Shown here one piece after another: positions 8,903 to 18,757 of a stretch of 64,000 bases of DNA. The DNA is from a bacterium (GTDB lineage: Bacteria; Patescibacteriota; Dojkabacteria; JAKAPS01; JAJZLI01). The notes under the pieces were generated by a model. That model did not search any database. It was not told where the DNA came from and worked only from the letters and a program-made list of their open reading frames with translations. The position numbers and the translations under genes are program-made. Every line of letters starts with the position of its first letter. Positions within the stretch are counted from its first letter, which is position 1. The stretch lies in the NCBI GenBank assembly GCA_021846685.1, contig JAJZWL010000003.1, positions 17,700 through 81,699 on the forward strand, given 5' to 3'.

Positions 8903-9610
8903 TTAACTATTTATAAGTAATTTTATTAATTCATCATTGTGAATTTTAATAGATGGACCCATGGTAGGGCATACATAGATTGTTTTTAATAGTATACTAG
9001 CAGACTTCCCAGATACACTGATAAATGACTTTAATAAATCTATTAAATTCTCTAGCAACTCTTCCTTTGTATTTTCAATATTACCTATAATTGTATGTAG
9101 TGTCCCATTTGAATCTGATTTGAAGTCAAATTTTCCTCCTTTATATTTTTTTATAATATCTTCTAAATCATCAGTTACTGTTCCTAATTTAGGATTTGGC
9201 ATTAATGATTTAGGTCCTAATATTTTTCCTAATATAGCAATTTTAGGCATAACAGAAGGAGATGCTATAACCAAATCAAAATCATCCCAACCTTCTTGTA
9301 TTTTCTTTATATATAGATCTAATCCTACATAATTAAATTCTTTTTTTGTTTCAGGTTTGATATCCTTCTGATCTGTAAGTAACAATATTTTTTTATTTTT
9401 ACCTACTTTATTTTTATAATAGACACTTCCTCTTAATATTTGCTTATTTTCTTTTTTACTGATTTTAGTAGATATATGTACTTCAATGCTCCCTTTAAAA
9501 TTTGAAGTAGATAGCTCTTTAACTTTATCTAAAGATTCTAATATTGAAATATTTGTATTAGTATCAATTTTATTTTTTATTTGATTGTATTTTTTACTTC
9601 GTTTTTTCAT
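8903..9610 (-). CDS. rplA: 50S ribosomal protein L1
   Basis: LGKILGPKSLMPNPKLGTV and TMGPS motifs. Confidence 0.96.
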   Translation of the reverse strand: MKKRSKKYNQIKNKIDTNTNISILESLDKVKELSTSNFKGSIEVHISTKISKKENKQILRGSVYYKNKVGKNKKILLLTDQKDIKPETKKEFNYVGLDLYIKKIQEGWDDFDLVIASPSVMPKIAILGKILGPKSLMPNPKLGTVTDDLEDIIKKYKGGKFDFKSDSNGTLHTIIGNIENTKEELLENLIDLLKSFISVSGKSASILLKTIYVCPTMGPSIKIHNDELIKLLINS

Positions 9611-9613
9611 AAT

Positions 9614-10036
9614 TTATTTTATAACTATACCCATATTTCTAGCTGTTCCTGCAATTATTTTTTTTGCTTGTTCAATGTCATCTGTATTAAGATCAGGTAT
9701 CTTAATTCTGGCGATTTCTTCTAATTGTGACTGAGTTAATGTTCCAACTTTTTCTTTTAACGATTCTTTTGATCCTTTATTAATATTTAATAAACTTTTT
9801 ATTAATACTGCTGCCGGAGGAGTTTTAATTATAAATTTAAAAGATCTATCTTTATATATATCTATAACAACTGGATAAATCAAATCTCCTTTATCTTTAG
9901 TTTGATTATTAAATTGATTACAAAAATCCATAATATTTACACCATGTTGTCCTAATGCAGGTCCTATTGGTGGAGTAGGAGTAGCTTTTCCTGCTTGTAT
10001 TTGTAATTTAACTTGTGTAATATTTTTTTTATCCAT
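9614..10036 (-). CDS. rplK: 50S ribosomal protein L11
   Basis: [18 protein letters not shown] and GTARNMG motifs. Confidence 0.98.
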   Translation of the reverse strand: MDKKNITQVKLQIQAGKATPTPPIGPALGQHGVNIMDFCNQFNNQTKDKGDLIYPVVIDIYKDRSFKFIIKTPPAAVLIKSLLNINKGSKESLKEKVGTLTQSQLEEIARIKIPDLNTDDIEQAKKIIAGTARNMGIVIK

Positions 10037-10044
10037 TAACTAAT

Positions 10045-10587
10045 TTATATTAATTTAATTTGCATTAAATCTAACTCTACTGGAGTTTCTCTTCCAAATA
10101 TAGATATTAATACTTTAACTTTACTTTTTTCTTCATTTACCTCATTTACTTTTCCATTAAAGTCTTTAAATGCTCCATCAGTAACTACTACTGCATCTCC
10201 AACATTGAAATAAGTTTGAACGGCTGGAGTTTCTACCTGCATAAATTTAAGGATTGCATCAACTTCTTTCTCATTTAATGGTGTTGGGTTGTTTCCTGCA
10301 CCTACAAATCCAGTAACTCCTTGAGTATCTCTTATAATAGGCCATGTATCCTTATTAAGTTCCATTTTAATTAATATATATCCAGGTAGAATTTTATCTT
10401 TAATTTGCTTTTTCTTTCCATCTGTAATAATTGTTTTATTTTGAGTAGGGATAACAATCTCTTTTATATATTTAGATAAATTGGCAGTATCAGCTCTTTG
10501 ATTAATAATTATAGAGACCTTATTTTCATATCCAGTAAAAACATTTACTGCATACCATTTGAAATTTTTCTTATTTTTCTTATCCAT
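10045..10587 (-). CDS. nusG: Transcription termination/antitermination factor NusG
   Basis: WYAV..GYENKV, PGYILI, KOW domain, IFGRETPVEL. Confidence 0.97.
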   Translation of the reverse strand: MDKKNKKNFKWYAVNVFTGYENKVSIIINQRADTANLSKYIKEIVIPTQNKTIITDGKKKQIKDKILPGYILIKMELNKDTWPIIRDTQGVTGFVGAGNNPTPLNEKEVDAILKFMQVETPAVQTYFNVGDAVVVTDGAFKDFNGKVNEVNEEKSKVKVLISIFGRETPVELDLMQIKLI

Positions 10588-10590
10588 AAT

Positions 10591-10761
10591 TTACAATATA
10601 AGAGACAATACTTTTTGAAATATAATATCTAATCCAAATAACATTAAACTAATAACTATTGATATCAAGACTACTTGAAAAGTAGAATTATACAAATCCT
10701 TACCTAGATACCACTTCGTATTTTTTAGTTCTACAAAAACTTCTTTTAAAAATTTAAACAC
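10591..10761 (-). CDS. secE: Preprotein translocase subunit SecE (not in ORF track)
   Basis: GTG start, 56 aa: MFKFLKEVFVELKNTKWYLGKDL followed by one TM. Canonical position between tRNA-Trp and nusG. Confidence 0.88.
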   Translation of the reverse strand: MFKFLKEVFVELKNTKWYLGKDLYNSTFQVVLISIVISLMLFGLDIIFQKVLSLIL

Positions 10762-10836
10762 ATTAATTAGTATTGATAATAGATGATAACAAATATTTAC
10801 TATTATATCAATAATTAAAATAAATTAATTTCAAAT

Positions 10837-10907
10837 CAGGCTCAGGGGGATTTGAACCCTCATTGTTGGTTTTGGAGACCAATGTTCTACCATTGAACTA
10901 TGAGCCT
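10837..10907 (-). tRNA. tRNA-Trp(CCA)
   Basis: Cloverleaf with anticodon arm TTGGT-CTCCAAA-ACCAA. Confidence 0.95.
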
Positions 10908-10908
10908 T

Positions 10909-11073
10909 CTATTTAACTTCTTTATGTAATGTATGTTTTTTACATTTTTGACAATATTTATTTATTTCCACTTTGTCAACTGTATTTGTAAAATTCTTCT
11001 CAGAGGTGTAATTCCTATTTTTACAAACAGGACATTCTAAGTTAATATATCTCCTATTTTCTTTTTTTGCCAT
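10909..11073 (-). CDS. rpmG: 50S ribosomal protein L33, Zn-ribbon type (not in ORF track)
   Basis: 54 aa with CPVCKNRNY...KYCQKCKKHTLHKE. Confidence 0.95.
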   Translation of the reverse strand: MAKKENRRYINLECPVCKNRNYTSEKNFTNTVDKVEINKYCQKCKKHTLHKEVK

Positions 11074-11101
11074 AATATTAATATAATATATAATTTAAAA
11101 C

Positions 11102-11174
11102 AGCCTAGAAGCGGATTTGAACCGCTGACCTTTCCCTTACCATGGGAATGCTCTACCTGCTAAGCTATCTAGGC
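11102..11174 (-). tRNA. tRNA-Thr(GGT)
   Basis: Anticodon arm TTCCC-ATGGTAA-GGGAA, T-loop TTCAAAT. Confidence 0.93.
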
Positions 11175-11176
11175 TT

Positions 11177-11260
11177 TGCAGGGAGGAGGATTCGAACCTC
11201 CGTAGCCATATTGGCAACTGATTTACAGTCAGCCGCGATTGTCCACTCCGCCATCCCTGC
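11177..11260 (-). tRNA. tRNA-Tyr(GTA)
   Basis: Anticodon loop CTGTAAA, long variable arm, acceptor GCAGGGA/TCCCTGC. Confidence 0.95.
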
Positions 11261-11274
11261 ACTAAACCTAGATT

Positions 11275-11346
11275 AGCCTCCTGTCAGACTTGAACTGACG
11301 ACCTGCTGTTTACAAAACAGCTGCTCTACCACTGAGCTAAGAAGGC
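11275..11346 (-). tRNA. tRNA-Thr(TGT)
   Basis: Anticodon arm GCTGT-TTTGTAA-ACAGC. Confidence 0.94.
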
Positions 11347-11367
11347 ATAGTCTTCTTTTAGACAACT

Positions 11368-11396
11368 ATTTTATCTGATTTATGTAATTTAATCAA
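11368..11396 (-). promoter_or_regulatory. Promoter of the tRNA-rpmG-secE-nusG operon
   Basis: On the minus strand: TTGATT, 17 bp spacer, TAAAAT, about 20 nt upstream of tRNA-Thr. Confidence 0.55.
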
Positions 11397-11403
11397 TTAA
11401 TTA

Positions 11404-11529
11404 ACCCATCAATCTTATTAAATTTGATTTATTAAAACCAAAAATAAAAACTCAAACATATTTATAAAAATATATTATATTGTTTTTTAAAAAAATATAT
11501 TGTTAAATCAATTTTTTAAATTGATGGGT
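11404..11529. repeat. Imperfect terminal inverted repeat bounding a 126-bp AT-rich element
   Basis: ACCCATCAAT / ATTGATGGGT at the ends, plus inner TTGATTTA / TAAATCAA. Confidence 0.6.
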
Positions 11530-11547
11530 ATATTTATTATAACAACT

Positions 11548-12180
11548 CTACAGGAATATTAATACACTATAAATTTTAGTTATTATAGGCATTATTATAA
11601 AACTTATAATTGAATAAAATCTACCATAAATAGGAATAATAGGAATTATGAGCAATATTAAGAAAAATATAGAATATTGCGTAATATATCTTTGTATATT
11701 CTCATTTTTTATTATATATGATAAAAAATTACCACCATCTAAAGGTGGCACAGGTATTAAGTTGAAAATTCCTAGTCCTATATTTATAATCATGACCTCT
11801 GAAAGTATATTTATAATTCTACTTATTAATAAGGTATTTATAGGCATTAGTATCGTCAATTTTATCAATAATAATGCTACTATAGTTAAGAAAAAGTTAG
11901 ATATTGGCCCTGCTAGAGAAATTATTAATGTATATAATTTTGGATCCTTTAAATTAGATTGATTAATTAGAGTTGGATTTCCCCATCCAAATCTAAATAA
12001 TGTTAATAGCATAAATAAAAAACCTAATAGAGTAATTTGTTTAGTAGGATCTAGAGTCAATCTTCCTTGATTTTTTGCAGTACTATCACCTAACAAATAA
12101 GCGACCAATGTATGCGAAAATTCATGAAACGATACACTAAAAATTATAATTATTCCTAAGAGTATTAGATTAAAATACAT
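11548..12180 (-). CDS. Site-2 protease family (M50) membrane metalloprotease
   Basis: HEFSH, AGPISN and FNLIPVPPLDGG motifs. Confidence 0.9.
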   Translation of the reverse strand: MYFNLILLGIIIIFSVSFHEFSHTLVAYLLGDSTAKNQGRLTLDPTKQITLLGFLFMLLTLFRFGWGNPTLINQSNLKDPKLYTLIISLAGPISNFFLTIVALLLIKLTILMPINTLLISRIINILSEVMIINIGLGIFNLIPVPPLDGGNFLSYIIKNENIQRYITQYSIFFLILLIIPIIPIYGRFYSIISFIIMPIITKIYSVLIFL

Positions 12181-12249
12181 TTTAAATCTTGCATAAAATA
12201 TTTTTTTATTATATCATAACTGGGTATTAATTCATCTTTAAGGTTTTAT

Positions 12250-12477
12250 ATGTCTAGAGTTTGCGATATATGTAATAAAGGATTTTTGACTGTTACAAAC
12301 ATCAGTCATAAACATTCTGGTAGTTGGGCTAAAAAAGCACCTAAAACTAAGAGAAAATCATATCCTAATCTAAGGATGTTAAAAGTTATGCCAGATAATT
12401 CTAGTAATCTTATGAAAATTAAAGTATGTATGAGATGTTATAGAACAATTAGGGGTAAATCTATTAAGTTAAATTAA
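12250..12477 (+). CDS. rpmB: 50S ribosomal protein L28
   Basis: MSRVCDICNK..SH..KTKR..PNL..CMRC. Confidence 0.9.
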   Translation: MSRVCDICNKGFLTVTNISHKHSGSWAKKAPKTKRKSYPNLRMLKVMPDNSSNLMKIKVCMRCYRTIRGKSIKLN

Positions 12478-14469
12478 AGTTGAGGGTTCGATATCTATAA
12501 TTACTCCATTTTCTTGCATAAACGTTTTTCTGAGAAATTTTTTTACATTTTTTCCATCATTAAATATTTTTAAAATAATATTTTTTCTATATATATAATT
12601 TTTTTTATAAGGAAATCCACTTGTTGGTAAATAAATTTGAATACCTTCTAATTTTTCTTCTTTTATTTTTTGATAGATGTTCATTGATTTCAAATTAAGA
12701 GTTTTTTCATTTTTAGATTTAATAGTAATTTTTATCATTTCACAGAATGGAGGGTAATTAAATTTTTTTCTATTTATAATCTCATAATTATAGAGATCTA
12801 CGTAATTATTATTTTTAAGTAATTCTATAATTTTATTCTCTGTATCATATGTTTGTAATATTACTTTTCCCTCTAATCCTTTTCTCCCAATTCTTCCTAT
12901 TAATTGAGAAAGTTTTTGATAAGAATTTTCATAACCTTTATAGTCTGGAAAAGAAAAATCTAAATCTGCAGAGAGTATTCCTATTAAATGTATATTATTT
13001 AAATCCCATCCTTTTACTATTAATTGAGTGCCTATAATAATTTTTATATCTTTGTTATTTAATATTTTATATATTTCTTGATCATTATTAAATTCATTAT
13101 TAGTTTTGTAGTCTTTATCTAATATAAATATATTCTTTTTTTCTAATAAAAAAATCTTTTCTAATTCTTCAGCTATATATTGAGTTCCAAATCCATAAAA
13201 TTTAACCTCTTTATTTCCACAATTGCTACAAAGTAAGTTAGCTATATCTTTGATATATTCACAATGATGACAATATAAGTTATATAAACCTTTATCTTTA
13301 TGTATATTTAAGGGTATTTCGCAACGTGGACACTCTTCTATATGTCCACAATTATTACATAGTAATATTGGTGAAAATCCTCTTCTATTAATATAGAGTA
13401 TAGATTTTTTATTCTGTTTTAAGCTATTTATTATTTCTGATTGTAATTTTTTTGAAAATATTGAGTTATTACCGTTCTCTTTTTCTTCTTTTAAGTCTAT
13501 TATATCTAATTTAACTTTCGCATCTTCATTGTAGTGAAATTTTTCATCTAAAGATATAATTTTATACCCATTATTGTTTAAATATCTATAATAGATGTCT
13601 ATCCTGGGTGTTGCACTTCCTAATATTAATTGAGTATTATTTATTTCTGTAATATATTCTGCTAACTTTATGGTATCATATCGAGGATCTTGGTCTTGTT
13701 TGTAACTAATATCATGAAATTCATCAATTATGATTAACCCCAAATCTTTAAATCTTGAAAATATTGCAGATCTAGATCCTATGACTATATTCTTCATTCC
13801 TAAAGATATTAGATTATTCTCTATACCTTTATGTTTTTTTTGAATTTTGCTATGCATTATAGCTATATTATCTCCTCCGAATTCTTTTTGTATCTTAATA
13901 TATATTTGGGATGTCAGTGTGATATCTGGAACTAATAATAAAACTTGTTTATTCTTTTTTAAATAATCCTTTATTATTTCGATATAAATCTCAGTTTTAC
14001 CACTCCCTGTTACCCCATATAGTATAAACTTATTTATATGTTGAGACTTATTAATGCTAAAGTAGTCATTATAGACATCCTCTTGCTTTGGTGTTAGTTT
14101 CGATATTGATTCTGAATGAGTAGGAGTAGTTTTCTCTTTTTCAAGATTATTAGTCAGAGAGACTTTTTTTGTCAGATAAAGATTAATGGCATGATTTATC
14201 ATTGAATTGTAGTGAATGATTAAGTACTTGATTATTCTTAATTCTGTAATACTTAATTTAAGGTAAGTATCATTTAGATTTTCAATAATTTTTTTAATCT
14301 CAAAGTTATAGCTATCCTTGGTTTCTATTTTGTCTACAACAATACCTATTAATGATTTTTTTCCAAAAGGTACTAATACCACATCTCCTATATTCAAGTT
14401 GCTATTACTTGAATAAATAAAGGGTTGCTTAATCTTTAATTTAGTATTTACAAAAATTTTATAAAACAT
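12469..14469 (-). CDS. priA: Primosomal protein N' (replication restart helicase)
   Basis: GVTGSGKTE, DEFHD.SYKQ, SATP, two Zn knuckles, GRIGR. Confidence 0.95.
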   Translation of the reverse strand: MFYKIFVNTKLKIKQPFIYSSNSNLNIGDVVLVPFGKKSLIGIVVDKIETKDSYNFEIKKIIENLNDTYLKLSITELRIIKYLIIHYNSMINHAINLYLTKKVSLTNNLEKEKTTPTHSESISKLTPKQEDVYNDYFSINKSQHINKFILYGVTGSGKTEIYIEIIKDYLKKNKQVLLLVPDITLTSQIYIKIQKEFGGDNIAIMHSKIQKKHKGIENNLISLGMKNIVIGSRSAIFSRFKDLGLIIIDEFHDISYKQDQDPRYDTIKLAEYITEINNTQLILGSATPRIDIYYRYLNNNGYKIISLDEKFHYNEDAKVKLDIIDLKEEKENGNNSIFSKKLQSEIINSLKQNKKSILYINRRGFSPILLCNNCGHIEECPRCEIPLNIHKDKGLYNLYCHHCEYIKDIANLLCSNCGNKEVKFYGFGTQYIAEELEKIFLLEKKNIFILDKDYKTNNEFNNDQEIYKILNNKDIKIIIGTQLIVKGWDLNNIHLIGILSADLDFSFPDYKGYENSYQKLSQLIGRIGRKGLEGKVILQTYDTENKIIELLKNNNYVDLYNYEIINRKKFNYPPFCEMIKITIKSKNEKTLNLKSMNIYQKIKEEKLEGIQIYLPTSGFPYKKNYIYRKNIILKIFNDGKNVKKFLRKTFMQENGVIIDIEPSTLI

Positions 14470-14522
14470 TTTACTATAGTTATTATTAATGATACAATAT
14501 TATCGCTTTATTTAAAAATATT

Positions 14523-15581
14523 ATGACATCTTCAAATACATTTTGGAATTTTTTTACATTTGATATTGGTATAGATTTAGGGACTGCTAATACTTTGGTT
14601 TTTGTTAAAAACCAAGATATTAATATTTCTGAGCCTTCTGTAGTTGCATTAAACTCTAAGACTAAGGAAATATTAGCTGTTGGATCTGAAGCTCAAAAAA
14701 TGTTGGGACGAACACCTGCTTCTATTGTAGCCATAAGGCCTTTGAAGGATGGTGTAATATCAGATTTTGATTCTACAAAGGAAATGATCCATTATTTTAT
14801 AGAAAAAGTGCATAAAGATTCTAAGAAAATATTTAAAATAGCTAGACCTAGGATAGTTATTGGTATACCTTCTGCGATAACAGAAGTTGAGAAAAAAGCA
14901 GTCATTGATGCTGCAATATCAGCTGGAGCTAGAGATGTCTATTTAATTCAAGAGCCCATGGCGGCTGCAATAGGATGTAATTTGCCCGTAACTGAAGCAA
15001 TGGGATCTTTTATAGTAGATATAGGTGGAGGAACTTCAGATATAGCTGTTATTTCATTAGGTGGTATAGTTGTTGATAAATCAATAAGAATAGCTGGAGA
15101 TGAATTAACTCAAGATATTATTAACTATGTAAGAGGTAAATATAACTTATTGATAGGAGAAAGGTCGGCTGAACAGCTCAAAATTACTTTAGGGAATGCA
15201 TATCCTAGAAAAGAAAATAAAAAAGCTGAGATAAAAGGTAGAGATATATTACTTGGATTACCAAAAACTATTACAATATCTGAGGCAGAAATTAGAGAAG
15301 CTATGAGTAATTCTTTAAATATAATAATAGAAGCTATTTATGATGCTTTGGAAGAGACCCCTCCTGAATTAGTGTCTGATATTACTGAAAGAGGAATATA
15401 TTTGACTGGTGGTGGTGCTTTAATTTCAGGGATAAAGAAACTTTTTTCAGAAAAAATAAAAGTGCCTTTCATTATTGCTGATGATCCTCTTAAAAGTGTA
15501 GTAATAGGGGCTTCTAAAATATTGGAAGATGTAAATTTATTAGAGAGTATAAGTTCTTCTGATTCAGAAGATTATATTTAA
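14523..15581 (+). CDS. mreB: Rod shape-determining protein MreB
   Basis: IGIDLGTANT, EPMAAAIG and VDIGGGT motifs; first gene of the mreBCD-pbp2 operon. Confidence 0.97.
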   Translation: MTSSNTFWNFFTFDIGIDLGTANTLVFVKNQDINISEPSVVALNSKTKEILAVGSEAQKMLGRTPASIVAIRPLKDGVISDFDSTKEMIHYFIEKVHKDSKKIFKIARPRIVIGIPSAITEVEKKAVIDAAISAGARDVYLIQEPMAAAIGCNLPVTEAMGSFIVDIGGGTSDIAVISLGGIVVDKSIRIAGDELTQDIINYVRGKYNLLIGERSAEQLKITLGNAYPRKENKKAEIKGRDILLGLPKTITISEAEIREAMSNSLNIIIEAIYDALEETPPELVSDITERGIYLTGGGALISGIKKLFSEKIKVPFIIADDPLKSVVIGASKILEDVNLLESISSSDSEDYI

Positions 15582-15589
15582 ATGTTATA

Positions 15590-16393
15590 ATGAAATCTAG
15601 AAACACACAAAAAATAAAGTTACTAAACGGTATTACCTGGCTTTTAATTGTCGATATATTTATATTTTTGATATCCATGAAATTTTATTTTGCATACAAT
15701 GTACTAGATCCATTGATTATTCCTGTAAAAAATTATACTTCTAATATATCTTCAAATGTGGGAAATTTTTTTATTACACTAGAGAATCTTAATAATGTTA
15801 GTAAGCAGAATATAATATTACAAGATAAGATCTATTTATATAAGTCAAAAATTAATTCTTTGGAAAATAATAAGTCTAAAACGCTTTCAATCAGTAATCA
15901 ATTAAAGGGTAATTATTTAAATAATAAATATAAATATATATATTCTCAAATAATGTATTATGGTACAAATAATACATTTGGATATACTTATTTAAACTCA
16001 GGAAGTGCTCAGGGTGTGAAATTAAATGATCCTGTGGTTTTTGAAAACTATCTTGTAGGGGTTGTATCTAAGGTATTTAATAATTATTCTAAAGTAATGT
16101 TAATTTCTAATTTAAATATTAATGTTCCTGTACTGATCAATAATACTAATGGTATATTAAAGGGGAGTCTATCTAGTTCTTTAACTGTTCAAGATATTAC
16201 TCAATTAAATAATATTTCTTTAGGGAATGTAGTAATAACCTCTGGATTAGATGGCACGTTCCCTAAAAACTTAATAGTTGGAAATGTAGAGCAGGTAAAA
16301 GGAAGTAAGAGCGGCCTTTTTAAAGATATTTCTGTAGCTCCTGCTATAAATATAAATAACCTAAAATATCTTTTTATATTAAAATATGAATAA
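15590..16393 (+). CDS. mreC: Rod shape-determining protein MreC
   Basis: TM plus coiled coil, GS..GV..NDPV and VITSGLDGTFP motifs. Confidence 0.9.
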   Translation: MKSRNTQKIKLLNGITWLLIVDIFIFLISMKFYFAYNVLDPLIIPVKNYTSNISSNVGNFFITLENLNNVSKQNIILQDKIYLYKSKINSLENNKSKTLSISNQLKGNYLNNKYKYIYSQIMYYGTNNTFGYTYLNSGSAQGVKLNDPVVFENYLVGVVSKVFNNYSKVMLISNLNINVPVLINNTNGILKGSLSSSLTVQDITQLNNISLGNVVITSGLDGTFPKNLIVGNVEQVKGSKSGLFKDISVAPAININNLKYLFILKYE

Positions 16394-16877
16394 AAAATTG
16401 ATAACCATATACATAGTTTATAGCATATTATTGATGCTATTTAGCAGTTCTTTTCTGAATGTGATATTTATATCTGTTTTATTCTTTAATATAATGTTTA
16501 TTTTGAATATAAAAGTATTTTTTGAAGAAAAAATGAGATCTATGTTATACATATATATATTTATATATGGTTTGATTTTCGATCTGTATTTATTTAAACC
16601 TTTAGGAGAAACAAGTTTTTTATTCTTATTGCCTTTATTAATCCTGTATTTTTACCCTAGTTTAAGATTGCGATCGATAGTCTATATTTCATCTAGTTTT
16701 ATATTTAATATATTATTATTAATATATATATTAGGACCTAATTTTATAGGCAAAATTTATAATAATTATATTTTAATATTATTTATTATTGTGATATTAG
16801 CTATAGAGAGCACAATAATAAAGGTTTTTATAAAAAGAAAGAAAATTTCGAAAAATATATATACCATTGATATTTAA
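16386..16877 (+). CDS. mreD: Probable MreD (divergent membrane protein)
   Basis: About 5 TMs, GLIFDL motif, position between mreC and pbp2. Confidence 0.6.
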   Translation: MNKKLITIYIVYSILLMLFSSSFLNVIFISVLFFNIMFILNIKVFFEEKMRSMLYIYIFIYGLIFDLYLFKPLGETSFLFLLPLLILYFYPSLRLRSIVYISSSFIFNILLLIYILGPNFIGKIYNNYILILFIIVILAIESTIIKVFIKRKKISKNIYTIDI

Positions 16878-16882
16878 GTAAA

Positions 16883-18748
16883 ATGAATAATTTTGAAATT
16901 GATGATTTAAATAGTCTCCCAGATGATGATAATCATAAGATTATTAATAATGAGTTATTATCTAAAATATATTCTTATTTAATATACTCTATATTCGCAT
17001 TCTTTATATTAGTCTTGATATACTTTTCCGTTATAGAGTTTAAGAAATATAATAAGTTGTCAATAAATAATAGATTAATAACTACTCCTATTATTGCTCC
17101 TAGAGGTGTAATTTTTTCTAGGAATATGACCCAGCTTTCGTACAATATTCCTACATTTAATTTATATATTAATACTCAAAATTTAAGTAAATCTCATCTA
17201 AAAACAGATATTAGTATACTTTCTAAAATATTAGCTATAAGTAGTAAAAAGATTACAAAAATTGTTCAAAGTGGACTGAAGTCTGGGTACGTAGAAATAC
17301 CTATTGAAACGGGGATAAGTAATAAGAATGAAATATTAATTTCTTCAAATAGTCATTTATATGGTGTCAGCTTTAAACAAACATCTTATGTTAAATTTCG
17401 TTACAATAATTTATTATCTCATATATTGGGTTATACTGGCCCAATAAGTGAGCAAGAATTACTAAATAATAAAAATATGAATCCTTATGATATAGTCGGA
17501 AGATATGGCATTGAAGAAAGTTTCAACAATTATTTAACGGGAAAAGATGGGTATCAAATTAATGAGGTAGATACTTATGGAAATGCAGTATCTAAGTTTG
17601 CAAAAGTAAATCCTATCCCAGGTAATAATATTCAACTTACAGTTAGTGCTACTATTCAAAAAAAATTACAGCAATTAATTATTCAAAATATTAAGCAGAA
17701 TCCTAATCATGTTACGGGAGCAGTAGGTATTGTTGAAAATATTAATACTGGAGGTATTCTAGCTATGGTGAGTTATCCCACATTTAATAATAATAATTTT
17801 GAAGGCTTAGGTATAAGTCAATCTCAATATTCAAAATTATTAAATAACCCTGATACTCCATTGTTAAATAGGGCTATATCTACTCAGCAACCTATTGGAT
17901 CTATAATGAAAACTATACTTTTGTCTGCTGGTTTACAGACTGGGGCTATAACAAAAAATACGACATTCTCAGTTCCTGGAACTTTTAATTATGATGGAAC
18001 AGTCTTTGAAAATTATGCAAGAATAAATTGGGGTGAAGCTAATATAGAAAAATGCTTACAGTATTCAATTAATGTTTTTGCATTTAAAGCTGCTTTGAAA
18101 ATAGGAATAGGTAATTTTGTTAAATATGAAAAACTTTTTGGGTTAGGGAAGCCTACAGGAATACAACTACCAGGAGAAAGTTCTGGGATCATCGCAAATC
18201 CTAAAACTAAATTACAATTAACAGGTCAACCTTGGTATCCTGGTGATTTATTAAATTCGGCAATAGGTCAAGGTTACACAGAAGTTACTCCAATTCAAGT
18301 TGCTAATTTTATAAGTGCTATTGCTAATGGTGGGAAATTAATGAGACCAAGGATTGTAAAAGCTATATATAATTATAAAGGAAATTTAGTAAAAAAATAT
18401 AATCCTACTGTCATTAGGTCAGGTTTTGTATCTTCAAAAAATCTAGATATTATAAAAACTGGAATGTATCTGGCTGTGCAGCATGGTATAGATATTGCAG
18501 CTCAAAGTACTATAGCTGATAATGCAGGAAAGAGTGGAACAGCTCAATTTGGACAAGAATCATATAATCCAAATCCTGCAGCTAATAGATATTTACATTC
18601 TCATTCTTGGATGTCTTCATTTGCTCCATATAATAAACCTCAGATAGCAATGGTAGTATTTGAAGAGAATGGAGGAGTCAGCACTTATTCTGCAGAGGTT
18701 GTAAAAAATTTCATGAACTGGTATTTTGGTACATATTTAAAACATTAA
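16883..18748 (+). CDS. mrdA: Penicillin-binding protein 2 (class B transpeptidase)
   Basis: APRG.I, SxxK (SIMK), SxN (SIN) and KSG motifs. Confidence 0.92.
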   Translation: MNNFEIDDLNSLPDDDNHKIINNELLSKIYSYLIYSIFAFFILVLIYFSVIEFKKYNKLSINNRLITTPIIAPRGVIFSRNMTQLSYNIPTFNLYINTQNLSKSHLKTDISILSKILAISSKKITKIVQSGLKSGYVEIPIETGISNKNEILISSNSHLYGVSFKQTSYVKFRYNNLLSHILGYTGPISEQELLNNKNMNPYDIVGRYGIEESFNNYLTGKDGYQINEVDTYGNAVSKFAKVNPIPGNNIQLTVSATIQKKLQQLIIQNIKQNPNHVTGAVGIVENINTGGILAMVSYPTFNNNNFEGLGISQSQYSKLLNNPDTPLLNRAISTQQPIGSIMKTILLSAGLQTGAITKNTTFSVPGTFNYDGTVFENYARINWGEANIEKCLQYSINVFAFKAALKIGIGNFVKYEKLFGLGKPTGIQLPGESSGIIANPKTKLQLTGQPWYPGDLLNSAIGQGYTEVTPIQVANFISAIANGGKLMRPRIVKAIYNYKGNLVKKYNPTVIRSGFVSSKNLDIIKTGMYLAVQHGIDIAAQSTIADNAGKSGTAQFGQESYNPNPAANRYLHSHSWMSSFAPYNKPQIAMVVFEENGGVSTYSAEVVKNFMNWYFGTYLKH

Positions 18749-18757
18749 TATTTAATC

